From Candidatus Moraniibacteriota bacterium (GTDB taxonomy: Bacteria; Patescibacteriota; Minisyncoccia; Moranbacterales; DUUL01), in assembly GCA_041596615.1 (NCBI GenBank), contig JBFHIG010000007.1, positions 1 to 59,180 on the forward strand: a DNA stretch of 59,180 nucleotides, in the 5' to 3' direction. The stretch's first letter is position 1. Each line of letters starts with the position of its first letter. The position numbers and the translations under genes were made by a program. Shown here in pieces: positions 27,924 to 36,169 of this stretch. Under the pieces are notes generated by a model. It did no database searches, was not told the origin of the DNA, and was given only the letters and a program-made list of their open reading frames with translations.

Positions 27924-27970
27924 TTTTTTACTTACTTTTACTCTTTATTTATTAAAAAGTTCTGAATAAA

Positions 27971-28399
27971 TCAGAACATTTTAGAGTTTTGAAGGTCTAA
28001 TGCTTCATTAACCATAGCATCAGCTTCTTTGTTATTTTCGCGCTTTGTATGCTCAAAAGAAACCTTTAGGAAATCTGTTTTCAGGTTCCAAATTTCAATA
28101 AAATTCTTCTTAACTTTTTCGTCTTTAAGTTTATACTCTCCGTTCAATTGCTTTACCATGAGCTCAGAATCACTTACACACTTTAATTTTGCGCTTTTTG
28201 TGTTGCCTTTTCCAATAAGTTGTTTTGTCTTTTTAAGAGCAAAAATTAAAGCTGCGTATTCAGCTTCATTATTTGTGGCCTTTCCGATAAATTCTCCGTA
28301 TTTTTTCTTTTCTCCGTCAATTTGAATAACAACACCGACTGCTGCTGGACCAGGATTACCTCTAGACCCTCCATCTGTAAAAATATCAATTTGATGCAT
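27971..28399 (-). CDS. rnhA: Ribonuclease HI
   Basis: 142 aa. FTDGGSRGNPGPAA..NNEAEYAAL..SDSELMVKQ..NKEADAMVN (DEDD catalytic pattern). Confidence 0.85.
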   Translation of the reverse strand: MHQIDIFTDGGSRGNPGPAAVGVVIQIDGEKKKYGEFIGKATNNEAEYAALIFALKKTKQLIGKGNTKSAKLKCVSDSELMVKQLNGEYKLKDEKVKKNFIEIWNLKTDFLKVSFEHTKRENNKEADAMVNEALDLQNSKMF

Positions 28400-28420
28400 T
28401 TCTTTTAGATTCTTTTACTT

Positions 28421-28855
28421 CTATTTATAAAAAACATTCACCTTAAAACCACACATTCTATCCGGTATTTCAAGATTCGTCTCTCCTGAAAAATACAAAT
28501 TAACAACTGGCTTCTTTCTGTTTGCTTCTAGATTTTCTTCATATAAAACCTGGCTATTTTCAAATTTTTTTTCACTTTTAAGTAAAGACATATTTTGATC
28601 TAAAGACTTTACCGCCTTTTGATAATTCAACTCCATTGTATCATGTTGACTAATAATGCTTTCATCGGAGCATTTAAAATTCACAACAATTCTATTTTTT
28701 TCAAAAAAATTAAAGTTATAATCATTTTTAATAAGAAATCCGATAACAAAAGAGAAGCTTAGGAGCAAAACAATAAGTCTTGCTTTCGGCTTATTTTTAG
28801 TGAAATTCGAACCCTCAAATACATATCCTTTTTCTGGCTCTTCAAATTCAATCAT
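28421..28855 (-). CDS. Membrane-anchored hypothetical protein
   Basis: 144-aa ORF 1 nt downstream of parB. One TM segment (LIVLLLSFSFVIGFLI). No recognisable motif. Confidence 0.5.
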   Translation of the reverse strand: MIEFEEPEKGYVFEGSNFTKNKPKARLIVLLLSFSFVIGFLIKNDYNFNFFEKNRIVVNFKCSDESIISQHDTMELNYQKAVKSLDQNMSLLKSEKKFENSQVLYEENLEANRKKPVVNLYFSGETNLEIPDRMCGFKVNVFYK

Positions 28856-28856
28856 T

Positions 28857-29936
28857 TTAGGAGATTAAATTACTTAAAAGTGCATCGAATTCTTCTTCTG
28901 AATAAAAATCAATCACAATTTTTCCACCTCTCATACTCTTTCTAATCTCCACTTTCGTTCCCAATGATTGAGCGAGCTCTTCTTGTTTAGAATATGTCTC
29001 AGGATCTAAATCACTTCGCTTTTTTCTCAAATTATTTCCCAAAACATCTCTTACTTTCATTTCAGTTTGTCTAACATTGAGACTTTCTTTTAAGATTAAC
29101 TCAAAAAGAGCTCTTTGTTTTTCAGGATTAGAGACTCCCAAAATTGTTTTTGCATGACCTTCTGAAATTTTTTCATCCATAAGAGCTCTTTGGATTTCGA
29201 TTGGAAGATTCAACAGCCTTAGTGAATTTGCAATTGTGCTTCTGCTTTTCCCAACACGCACAGCTATATCTTCTTGCGTCATTCCAAAATTCTCTTGCAT
29301 CTTTTTGTAAGCCCTTGCTTCTTCCATTGCGTTAAGATCATGACGTTGCACATTTTCAACCAGTGCCCACTCTGCTTTTTTTTGATCATTAACATCTTTC
29401 ACAATCACAGGAACCTTTTCTAGCCCAGCGATCTTAGCAGCCTCTAAACGACGCTCTCCTGCAATCAATTCGTAATTGCCACCTCCCACGCTAGTAACAA
29501 TTAAGGGCTGTATCACTCCATGCTCTGTTATAGAATCCGCTAGTTCTGCCAACCTTGATTCACTAAATCTAACACGTGGTTGATGTGGGTTTGGAATAAT
29601 CATATCGACAGAAATAAGCTCTACTCCTTCCTTAAACTTTTTTTCTATCTCTTTATTTTCATTCCTTTTAGTCTTATTTTTGGTAGAATTTTTGGTAGGG
29701 TTTTTGTCTTTCTTAATTGCTTCTATTTTATTTTTCAAAAGACTCTCTTTTTCAACAATTTCCGTTGTTGTTTTTGCTAAAGGATAACTTTTAATTTCTC
29801 GTTGTTCATTCACAGAACCAAAATAAGACTGCTCCTCGTCAGTTCCTTTAATTTCTCCACTCTCCATCTCTTGTTTTGCTTTTTTTTGAGGAATAAGAGA
29901 TGCCAATCCCCTTCCCAATCCACCTTGCTGAGCCAT
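28857..29936 (-). CDS. parB: Chromosome partitioning protein ParB/Spo0J
   Basis: 359 aa. GLGRGLASLIP, then a low-complexity K/N/T-rich insert, the ParB box (IIPNPHQPRVRF..GVIQPLIV..YELIAGERRLEAAK), and an HTH. Confidence 0.9.
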   Translation of the reverse strand: MAQQGGLGRGLASLIPQKKAKQEMESGEIKGTDEEQSYFGSVNEQREIKSYPLAKTTTEIVEKESLLKNKIEAIKKDKNPTKNSTKNKTKRNENKEIEKKFKEGVELISVDMIIPNPHQPRVRFSESRLAELADSITEHGVIQPLIVTSVGGGNYELIAGERRLEAAKIAGLEKVPVIVKDVNDQKKAEWALVENVQRHDLNAMEEARAYKKMQENFGMTQEDIAVRVGKSRSTIANSLRLLNLPIEIQRALMDEKISEGHAKTILGVSNPEKQRALFELILKESLNVRQTEMKVRDVLGNNLRKKRSDLDPETYSKQEELAQSLGTKVEIRKSMRGGKIVIDFYSEEEFDALLSNLIS

Positions 29937-29993
29937 TTTTGTTTAGGCTAATTTTGTTATTTTAACTATCTTTAGCACAATAGCTTTTCTAAA

Positions 29994-30767
29994 TTATTCA
30001 CTTCTTGCGACAACTTCATTTGCAAATTGTTTGTATGCCCTTGCCCCTTTATTGAAACTGTCAAAGTGAAGTATCGATTTCCCAAAACTAGGAGCTTCTG
30101 CAAGCTTTACTGTGCGTGGAATTACCGCATCAAAAACTTTTCCTGGAAAATGTTTCCTGACTTCCTTCACCACTTGATGTGCAAGCCTGTTTCTTCGATC
30201 AAACATTGTCATCACAATTCCGCCTAATTGCAATTTTGGCTGCAAATGATCCTGCACAAGATCGACGGTATTCAAAAGCTGTCCAAGTCCTTCTAACGCA
30301 AAATATTCTGTTTGAACCGGAATAATAACTTCATCCGATGCGACCAACCCATTAATTGTTAAAAGTCCTAAACTTGGTGGGGAATCAATGATAATAAAAT
30401 CATACTGCCCACGCAACTTATTTAAAACATTATACAAACGATATTCTCTATTCTCCATTCCAGTTAATTCAACTGAAGCTGCTGCGAGATCCTGATTTGA
30501 TGTTATGATATCGTGACTTAGAAAATCTGCTCTCACAATTACGTTGTCTGGATGTTCATCCAGAACAAGCATGTGATAGAGATTTTTTTCAACACTTTTT
30601 GGATCAATTCCTAAACCGCTTGAAGCGTTTGATTGCGGATCAAGATCCACTAACAAAACCCTCTTCCCAAAATCGGCAAGATATGTAACAAGGTTTATGG
30701 CAGTAGTGGTTTTTCCCACTCCACCTTTTTGGTTTACCAATGATATTATTTTTCCCATATGCCCCAT
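29994..30767 (-). CDS. parA: Chromosome partitioning ATPase ParA/Soj
   Basis: 257 aa. Deviant Walker A NQKGGVGKTTTAINL, DLDPQSNAS, IIIDSPPSLG. An alternative ATG start lies at 30758. Confidence 0.92.
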   Translation of the reverse strand: MGHMGKIISLVNQKGGVGKTTTAINLVTYLADFGKRVLLVDLDPQSNASSGLGIDPKSVEKNLYHMLVLDEHPDNVIVRADFLSHDIITSNQDLAAASVELTGMENREYRLYNVLNKLRGQYDFIIIDSPPSLGLLTINGLVASDEVIIPVQTEYFALEGLGQLLNTVDLVQDHLQPKLQLGGIVMTMFDRRNRLAHQVVKEVRKHFPGKVFDAVIPRTVKLAEAPSFGKSILHFDSFNKGARAYKQFANEVVARSE

Positions 30768-30825
30768 TATATCCGAAAAGTTCTAATTCCGCAAATTTGA
30801 AATTCAGGTAAATTTCATTCTTTTG

Positions 30826-31090
30826 GTTAGCAGGTCTAGCTCGGAAAATCAAGACAAAAGACAGAAGGATGCAACATCAAAAAAGATGTCTGGCGTTCTC
30901 ACCTTCCTTTCCGAGAGAGAGCAGGAATTGATTGGAGTTATTTTTGCGCTGAAGCCGATCTGTCACGGCAAGAGACTGGTAGCCCAGTTTATTTTTTGTG
31001 CTATAACTTTTCACAGCTTAAATATGCATATTGAAATATTTTAATAAAGACCTCTATAGCGACTACTATAGATGCCTTTATTTTTTTCTT
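30826..31090 (+). ncRNA. Candidate structured RNA (or 52-aa small ORF transcript) ending in its own intrinsic terminator; class unknown
   Basis: The segment is locally GC-enriched (about 40-53% per 30-60 nt by hand count) within an otherwise AT-rich spacer. Nested pairings: CTCGGAAA 30840-47 / TTTCCGAG 30908-15; GAAGG 30864-68 / CCTTC 30902-06; ACATC 30874-78 / GATGT 30885-89; GCCG 30954-57 / CGGC 30966-69. A plus-strand terminator TCTATAG-cgacta-CTATAGA (31053-31072) is followed by TTTATTTTTTT. No clear promoter was found. Confidence 0.35.
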
Positions 31091-31127
31091 AAACAACAAA
31101 AAACCCACAGTTTTCACCATGGGTTTT
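31090..31127 (-). terminator. Intrinsic terminator downstream of rplL
   Basis: AAACCCA (31101-07) / TGGGTTT (31120-26) with flanking A/T runs. Confidence 0.7.
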
Positions 31128-31157
31128 TTTAGGATTGCTCCTTATTTAGAACGGAAA

Positions 31158-31580
31158 CTATTTCAATTCTACAGTAGCTCCAGCATCTTCAAGTTTCTTC
31201 TTCAACTCTTCAGCTTCCTCTTTAGCTACTTTTTCTTTAACAGCCTTTGGAGATTCGTCTACAATAGCTTTTGCTTCTTTTAGACCAAGACCAGTAATTT
31301 CTTTTACGACTTTAATCACATTGATTTTTGCATCACCAGCAGCAATCAAAACTACATCGAATTCTGATTTTTCATCAGCAGCAGCTTCAGCACCACCAGC
31401 TGCAGGAGCAGCCATTGCCATTGCAGGAGCAGCAGCAGTAACATTGAATTTATCTTCTAGAACTGTAACTAGTTCTGAAAGATCCAAAACACTCATTTTT
31501 TCGATTTCTTCGATAATAGATTTGAATTTTGCAGGAACCTCAACTTCCTTTTTTTCTTCAACCTTTTTTTCTTCTGTCAT
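31158..31580 (-). CDS. rplL: 50S ribosomal protein L7/L12
   Basis: 140 aa. Ala-rich hinge ([20 protein letters not shown]). C-terminal domain [36 protein letters not shown]. Confidence 0.95.
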   Translation of the reverse strand: MTEEKKVEEKKEVEVPAKFKSIIEEIEKMSVLDLSELVTVLEDKFNVTAAAPAMAMAAPAAGGAEAAADEKSEFDVVLIAAGDAKINVIKVVKEITGLGLKEAKAIVDESPKAVKEKVAKEEAEELKKKLEDAGATVELK

Positions 31581-31634
31581 AACTTTGTAAAATTATTATT
31601 GATAAATATTATTAACTAAATTAATAAACTATGA

Positions 31635-32159
31635 TTATGCATTCTCTTTTGACTCTTTGATTGCATTTAGCGCATAAACGATATTCCTTAGGTTTCCGCT
31701 AAGTGCGCCCACAAAACCTGTAATAGGAGCTTTAATTGTTCCCACAACTTGTCCAAGTAACTGTTCTTTTGTTGGAAGTTGTGCAAGATTTGTAATCTCT
31801 TCAACGGTAAGTTCTTTTCCTTCGAGAGATCCAGCTCTAATCTGGAAAGCTTTCTTGGTTTTTGAAAAATCAAAAGCTACTTTCGAAGAACAAACCTCAT
31901 CATCTCCCCCATAAATAACTGCAATTTGACCTTCAACTTTTCTAACGTCTAGTTTTATCTTTGCGTTGTCAAAAGCTATTTGCGCGAAAGTCTTTTTGAC
32001 GACTTTCATATTTGCGTTTTTTTCTCGCAAAAGCCTTCTTAATCCGCTAATCTCAGAAACATTTAACCCTTTGTAATCACAAACGATTGCAGTTGTGGTT
32101 TCTTTGAGATTTTTTGTAAGATCATCTACTAGAGCCTCTTTGTCTTGGCGTTTAAGCAT
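31635..32159 (-). CDS. rplJ: 50S ribosomal protein L10
   Basis: 174 aa, immediately upstream of rplL. Typical N-terminus (KEALVDDLTKNLKETTTAIVCDYKGLNVSEISGLRRLLRE). Confidence 0.92.
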   Translation of the reverse strand: MLKRQDKEALVDDLTKNLKETTTAIVCDYKGLNVSEISGLRRLLREKNANMKVVKKTFAQIAFDNAKIKLDVRKVEGQIAVIYGGDDEVCSSKVAFDFSKTKKAFQIRAGSLEGKELTVEEITNLAQLPTKEQLLGQVVGTIKAPITGFVGALSGNLRNIVYALNAIKESKENA

Positions 32160-32305
32160 TTGTCTTATTTTTAATCTTTAATTATCCTGTAATAAACAAA
32201 AAACTACGCATAACGCAGTTTTAAAAGAAGTAAACAAATCCTTTTAGGATTTCGTTTCACTCCTGCTTGGGACTTACTTTTTCGCCCAAGGTCTGCGGAA
32301 TACTT
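32160..32305 (-). promoter_or_regulatory. rplJ 5' leader with stem-loops and a terminator-like hairpin (consistent with an L10-leader autoregulatory element)
   Basis: Minus strand: CTTGGG-13 nt-CCCAAG; AAATCC-taaaa-GGATTT; ACTGCG-ttatg-CGTAGT (32203-32219, including one G.U pair) followed by TTTTTTG. Assignment to the L10 leader class is by position and architecture only. Confidence 0.45.
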
Positions 32306-32310
32306 CTAGA

Positions 32311-32338
32311 ATATTATCACAACTTTATAATTTGTCAA
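32311..32338 (-). promoter_or_regulatory. Sigma70-type promoter for rplJL
   Basis: Minus strand: TTGACA - 16 nt - TAATAT. Confidence 0.55.
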
Positions 32339-32359
32339 GCATTTCAAGTTTTGGGTATT

Positions 32360-33013
32360 CTATAAATTCACCAATTCTAGCAGTCCTATCCCAATCACAT
32401 ATCTAGAGAGAAATCCAGCAACAGAAAAAATCGCCCATGTTATAACTCCTTTAGCTAGGAATAAAAATACTAACAAAATAACCAACCCATTTTTTTCTAG
32501 AGTTTGTTTTGTGTATTCTGAAATCGGCAAAAAGGCAAAAAGGAGTTTTGAACCATCCAGTGGAGGAATTGGAAACAAATTGAAAACCATCAAAGCTATA
32601 TTAATTATAAACATAAGTGCAAGGGCATGAACCAAAAGTCCGTCAGAAGTTCCTGATACAAGCATTGCCCTTAACAGTACCCCACTTATAAGTATGAGTG
32701 CTAAATTTGATAAAGGCCCAGCTGCACCGACAATTGCTGGTCCATATTTTTGGTCTCTAAGATTGTAAGGATTGTAAGGAACTGGCTTTGCCCAGCCAAA
32801 AACAAATCCCACATTTGAGATTGTTAGAAATAATGGGACAATGAAAGACCCCCAAAGATCAAGATGACTAAAAGGGTTTAAAGTTAACCTCCCAGCATAC
32901 TTTGCTGTTGGGTCCCCCAAGCGATAGGCTGCAAGACCATGTGACACCTCATGAATAACCACAGAGAAGATTAAAACTGCGATTTGTAAAAATATTCCAA
33001 TACTAGAGTCCAT
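32360..33013 (-). CDS. Site-2 protease family (M50) zinc metalloprotease
   Basis: 217 aa, polytopic. HEVSHGLAA (HExxH) and LNPFSHLD..PIPPLDGSKL motifs. Confidence 0.85.
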   Translation of the reverse strand: MDSSIGIFLQIAVLIFSVVIHEVSHGLAAYRLGDPTAKYAGRLTLNPFSHLDLWGSFIVPLFLTISNVGFVFGWAKPVPYNPYNLRDQKYGPAIVGAAGPLSNLALILISGVLLRAMLVSGTSDGLLVHALALMFIINIALMVFNLFPIPPLDGSKLLFAFLPISEYTKQTLEKNGLVILLVFLFLAKGVITWAIFSVAGFLSRYVIGIGLLELVNL

Positions 33014-33213
33014 AGATAGATATTTAAAAATTTTTATTATACATATTCTTGTTTATACAGAATATACAAATCTTTATTCTTCTGCAAGCCAAGATATGAA
33101 GATATGCAGACGAAATAGCTACTTTACCAAAAATATTGACAAAATGCCTTGGAATTGGTATTCTGTTACTTGTTAAGTTTACAATACATTTTATAACTAT
33201 TCAAGGTAGATAT

Positions 33214-33387
33214 ATGGCACGTTGCAGCACTTGCGGTAAGAAGACTATGTCAGGAAACTCACGTTCTCATTCGAATATCGCTACAAAAAGAACTTTCAAG
33301 GCTAATATTCAAACAAAGCATATTGATGGCAAAAAAGTAAAGATTTGCACAAAATGCATCAAAACTATGAATAAGGTTGCCAAATAA
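33214..33387 (+). CDS. rpmB: 50S ribosomal protein L28
   Basis: MARCSTCGKKTMSGNSRSHSNIATKRTFKANIQ.. (57 aa). The ATG at 33214 is preceded by AAGGTAG. The track ORF start at 33136 is an upstream TTG that coincides with a TTGACA -35 box. Confidence 0.85.
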   Translation: MARCSTCGKKTMSGNSRSHSNIATKRTFKANIQTKHIDGKKVKICTKCIKTMNKVAK

Positions 33388-33416
33388 GGACTTATTTTTT
33401 CTTTATACAAAATCAT

Positions 33417-33444
33417 AAAAGCCACCTTTTGGGGGCTTTTTTTG
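33417..33444 (+). terminator. Intrinsic terminator after rpmB
   Basis: AAAGCCACC-tttt-GGGGGCTTT followed by TTTTTG. Confidence 0.65.
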
Positions 33445-33512
33445 TTGTCCTGCATATTACAATGCTTCATATCAAAAATCAATAGGTAAAGCATTCTTTC
33501 GGTAAAAAATTG

Positions 33513-33541
33513 TTGACATTTAAAAAATAATTTACTAAGAT
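33513..33541 (+). promoter_or_regulatory. Sigma70-type promoter with no adjacent long ORF
   Basis: TTGACA (33513-18) - 17 nt - TAAGAT (33536-41). Confidence 0.5.
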
Positions 33542-33547
33542 TACGTT

Positions 33548-33810
33548 GTGGGTGCTTTGGAAATCTTCCGTTCTTTTAATTTTCCTGGATTTTCAAAACA
33601 CATTGTTGGAAAACCCCTTGAGGGTTCACAGAAGCTAACAAACTGCAAATTGTTTAAATAGGTAGACTAAGTTGATTCTTTGTTTTCTCAAAAATGAATC
33701 ACACACTTTTTACCAAAAAAATGCAGAGCTTCTGCCACTATGATCTTTCTTAGCTAAAAGTTGTACCCAAGGGCACCTCGTAAAAATGAGTGTGCCCTTT
33801 GTCTTTTTTT
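33548..33810 (+). ncRNA. Candidate ~260-nt structured RNA / riboswitch-like leader ending in an intrinsic terminator; class unknown
   Basis: Terminator AAGGGCAC (33769-76) / GTGCCCTT (33792-99) plus a T8 run. The 5' GGTGCTTTGG (33551-60) can instead pair with CCAAGGGCACC (33767-77). Internal pairings: TTTTCC 33580-85 / GGAAAA 33608-13; AACCC-cttga-GGGTT; CAGAAGCT 33629-36 / AGCTTCTG 33727-34. It also contains a 19-codon ORF (33694-33753, MNHTLFTKKMQSFCHYDLS). Confidence 0.4.
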
Positions 33811-33920
33811 ATATGCATTCATTTAAAAACCATAAGTAAAGATAAAAGCTTTCTCTTGCCAAAAACTAAAAAAAGGATTATTATAAATTATTTGCTAATT
33901 CAACTTTTACCAACAATACA

Positions 33921-35213
33921 ATGAAAATTAATACTAAAGATAAACTCCTATTCGACATTGCTGTTATTGGTGGTGGGGCCTCTGGAATGATGGCTGCTAT
34001 TTGGGCAGCTGAGTCTGGCGCAAAGGTTGCGCTAATCGAAAAAAACCAAAAACTTGGAAAGAAACTTCTGATCACAGGCAAAGGGCGTTGCAACGTCACT
34101 CAAGAAAATTTCACTAAAGACACTCTTTTGGAAAACATTGGAAAAAGTGGAAAATTTCTTTTTTCTTCTTTCGCAAAATTTAGCGTCGAAGACACTAAAA
34201 AGTTTTTCGAGGAAGAAGGTGTTGAATTAAAAACTGAGCGAGGTGGAAGAGTTTTTCCAAAATCAGATTCTGCCGAAGAAATCCTTCTTGCCCTTAGAAA
34301 TCGTCTTGCAAGAAACAAGGTCGTTGTTATCCGTAACAACAAAATTGTTGCGATTCAGGTCAAAGACAACAAAATTGAGGGACTTTCAACAAAAAAAGGA
34401 ACCATTGTGGCAAAGCAATTTATTATTTGCACAGGTGGAAAATCTTATTCCGGAACTGGCTCAACTGGTGATGGATATGTTTGGGCAAAAGAATTAGGAC
34501 ATTCTGTAATTGAACCAGAACCGGCCCTGACTCCGATGAAAACTCGTGACAAATGGATTGAAGTGGTTACCGGACTTACCTTGAAAAATGTAGTGTTGAA
34601 AGCCATCCAAAAAGACAAACAGGAAGATGAGAGATTTGGAGATATGCTTTTTACACATCTTGGTGTTAGTGGACCAATCGTTTTAGATATGAGCAAGAAA
34701 GTTGGACAACTTCTAAAGAAAGGAGAAGTTCAGCTTTCGATTGATTTGAAGCCAGCTTTAGATTTTAATGCTCTTGATAAAAGAATTCAAAGAGATTTCC
34801 AAAAATATCAAAATAAACAATTCAAAAATTCACTTGAAGATCTTTTTCCAAAAAGATTAATTCCTGTGATGATCAGTCTTTCAAAAATTAATGCTGAGAA
34901 AAAAATCAACAAAGTCTCTAAGGAAGAAAGACAAAATCTTGTAAAACTAACTAAAAATCTTCTTTTGAATGTTACCGAGTTGGAAGGTTTCGGTCACGCC
35001 ATTATTACTACCGGTGGAATCAATTTAAAAGAAGTAGATTCTGGGACAATGAAATCAAGAAAAATTGAAAACCTATATTTCGGAGGAGAAGTTCTTGATC
35101 TTGATGGTCCAACTGGTGGCTACAATCTTCAAATCTCTTGGAGCACTGGACACCTAGCTGGAGTCAGCGCAGCAGAAGCTCTATCGAAAGAAGATGAGAA
35201 AGAAGAGGAATAA
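33921..35213 (+). CDS. HI0933/BaiN-like NAD(P)/FAD-dependent oxidoreductase
   Basis: 430 aa. DIAVIGGGASGMMAA (dinucleotide fold), TGKGRCNVT, GGEVLDLDGPTGGYNLQ. Confidence 0.8.
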   Translation: MKINTKDKLLFDIAVIGGGASGMMAAIWAAESGAKVALIEKNQKLGKKLLITGKGRCNVTQENFTKDTLLENIGKSGKFLFSSFAKFSVEDTKKFFEEEGVELKTERGGRVFPKSDSAEEILLALRNRLARNKVVVIRNNKIVAIQVKDNKIEGLSTKKGTIVAKQFIICTGGKSYSGTGSTGDGYVWAKELGHSVIEPEPALTPMKTRDKWIEVVTGLTLKNVVLKAIQKDKQEDERFGDMLFTHLGVSGPIVLDMSKKVGQLLKKGEVQLSIDLKPALDFNALDKRIQRDFQKYQNKQFKNSLEDLFPKRLIPVMISLSKINAEKKINKVSKEERQNLVKLTKNLLLNVTELEGFGHAIITTGGINLKEVDSGTMKSRKIENLYFGGEVLDLDGPTGGYNLQISWSTGHLAGVSAAEALSKEDEKEEE

Positions 35214-35233
35214 ACTTGTCAGAACATCGTTAT

Positions 35234-35310
35234 AAAAAAAGGAATATTATTTTATTGCTTGGTGAAGTTTCTCAAAACGTAACCCGCAACTAAAATAATA
35301 TTCCTTTTTG
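35234..35310. repeat. Long hairpin element, copy 1 (19-bp perfect stem, 36-nt conserved loop)
   Basis: AAAAAGGAATATTATTTTA (35236-54) / TAAAATAATATTCCTTTTT (35291-309). Loop: TTGCTTGGTGAAGTTTCTCAAAACGTAACCCGCAAC. Confidence 0.7.
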
Positions 35311-35373
35311 TTTATAACTAGTGATGTAAAAGTCTTAGAAAAATAGTCTTATAAAAATACACTTTGGTAAAAC

Positions 35374-35470
35374 AAAAAATAAGAGTGCGTAATATTTTAT
35401 TATTTGGCGAACTTCTTTAAATTAATAAAAAATGTAACCTGCAACTAAAATATTATCTACTCTTATTTTT
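35374..35470. repeat. Long hairpin element, copy 2 (9+10-bp stem with 3x3 internal loop, 46-nt related loop)
   Basis: AATAAGAGT-gcg-TAATATTTTA (35378-99) / TAAAATATTA-tct-ACTCTTATT (35446-67). Loop: TTATTTGGCGAACTTCTTTAAATTAATAAAAAATGTAACCTGCAAC. Confidence 0.7.
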
Positions 35471-35512
35471 AATTCACAGTTAGCGCTTTAAAAATCCTAA
35501 CCAAAAAACACG

Positions 35513-36169
35513 CTAAGTGCTAAGAAGTTTTTTTACTATTGGACACTCTTCGTGTTTATGTTTTTTCGCTGGACAAAACTTTCTTCCATAATCAATAAGT
35601 CTGTGGTTAAAATTAAGCCATTCTTTTTTGGGCACAACCCTGATTAAATCTTGCTCTATTTTATCTGGATTGTTCTCTGTTGTTAATCCATGTAAAAGGG
35701 AAAGTCTTCTGACGTGAGTATCGACCGCAATCCCTTCAACCTTTCCAAATCCATCACCCAAAACAATATTCGCAGTCTTCCTAGCAACACCGGGTAGTGT
35801 GAGCAATTTCTCCATTGAATCGGGAACTTCTCCCGCAAACTTTTCTTTGATTATTTTGGCTGTGGCTAGGATATTCTTCGCCTTATTACGATAAAAACCA
35901 GTCGAATGGATATCTTGCTCAAATTCTTTTATATCTGCGCTTAAATAATCCTCAAGCGTTTCATATTTTTTAAAAAGTTTTCCCGTCACCTCATTAACTT
36001 TTTTATCAGTGCATTGTGCAGACAAAACAACAGCAATTAAAAGCTCTAGTGTATTGGAAAAATTAAGCGCAATTTTTGATTTGGGAAAAAGCATCTCCAA
36101 TTCCTTCGTCATTATTAGCGCTATTCTTCTCCTTTTCTCAAGTTCTTTTTTTGAAATTTCTTTTTTCAT
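35513..36169 (-). CDS. nth: Endonuclease III (HhH-GPD DNA glycosylase/lyase)
   Basis: 218 aa. LSAQCTDKKVN, HhH (LLTLPGVARKTANIVL), VDTHVRRL. The C-terminus has only C-x10-C rather than a 4-Cys cluster. Confidence 0.85.
   Translation of the reverse strand: MKKEISKKELEKRRRIALIMTKELEMLFPKSKIALNFSNTLELLIAVVLSAQCTDKKVNEVTGKLFKKYETLEDYLSADIKEFEQDIHSTGFYRNKAKNILATAKIIKEKFAGEVPDSMEKLLTLPGVARKTANIVLGDGFGKVEGIAVDTHVRRLSLLHGLTTENNPDKIEQDLIRVVPKKEWLNFNHRLIDYGRKFCPAKKHKHEECPIVKKLLST

Noticed and set aside
30826-31000. Identity of the GC-enriched spacer RNA as SRP RNA, RNase P RNA, tmRNA or a tRNA-like element.
   Set aside because: I could not find the conserved cores on either strand: GGAAGCAGC with a GNRA helix-8 tip for SRP, GAGGAAAGUCC / ACAGAA..GGCUUA for RNase P, or a tRNA-like CCA-proximal T-arm for tmRNA. 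The class is left open pending an Rfam scan.
28857-31157. Replication origin next to parAB.
   Set aside because: There is no dnaA or dnaN in the window and no cluster of DnaA boxes (TTATCCACA). The only near match I saw (TGTGGATTA, ~5644) is isolated and lies elsewhere.
35234-35470. Integron attC sites or a dif/Xer site as the explanation for the tandem long hairpins.
   Set aside because: There are no RYYYAAC/GTTRRRY terminal cores, no integron integrase nearby, and no resemblance to the 28-bp dif consensus.
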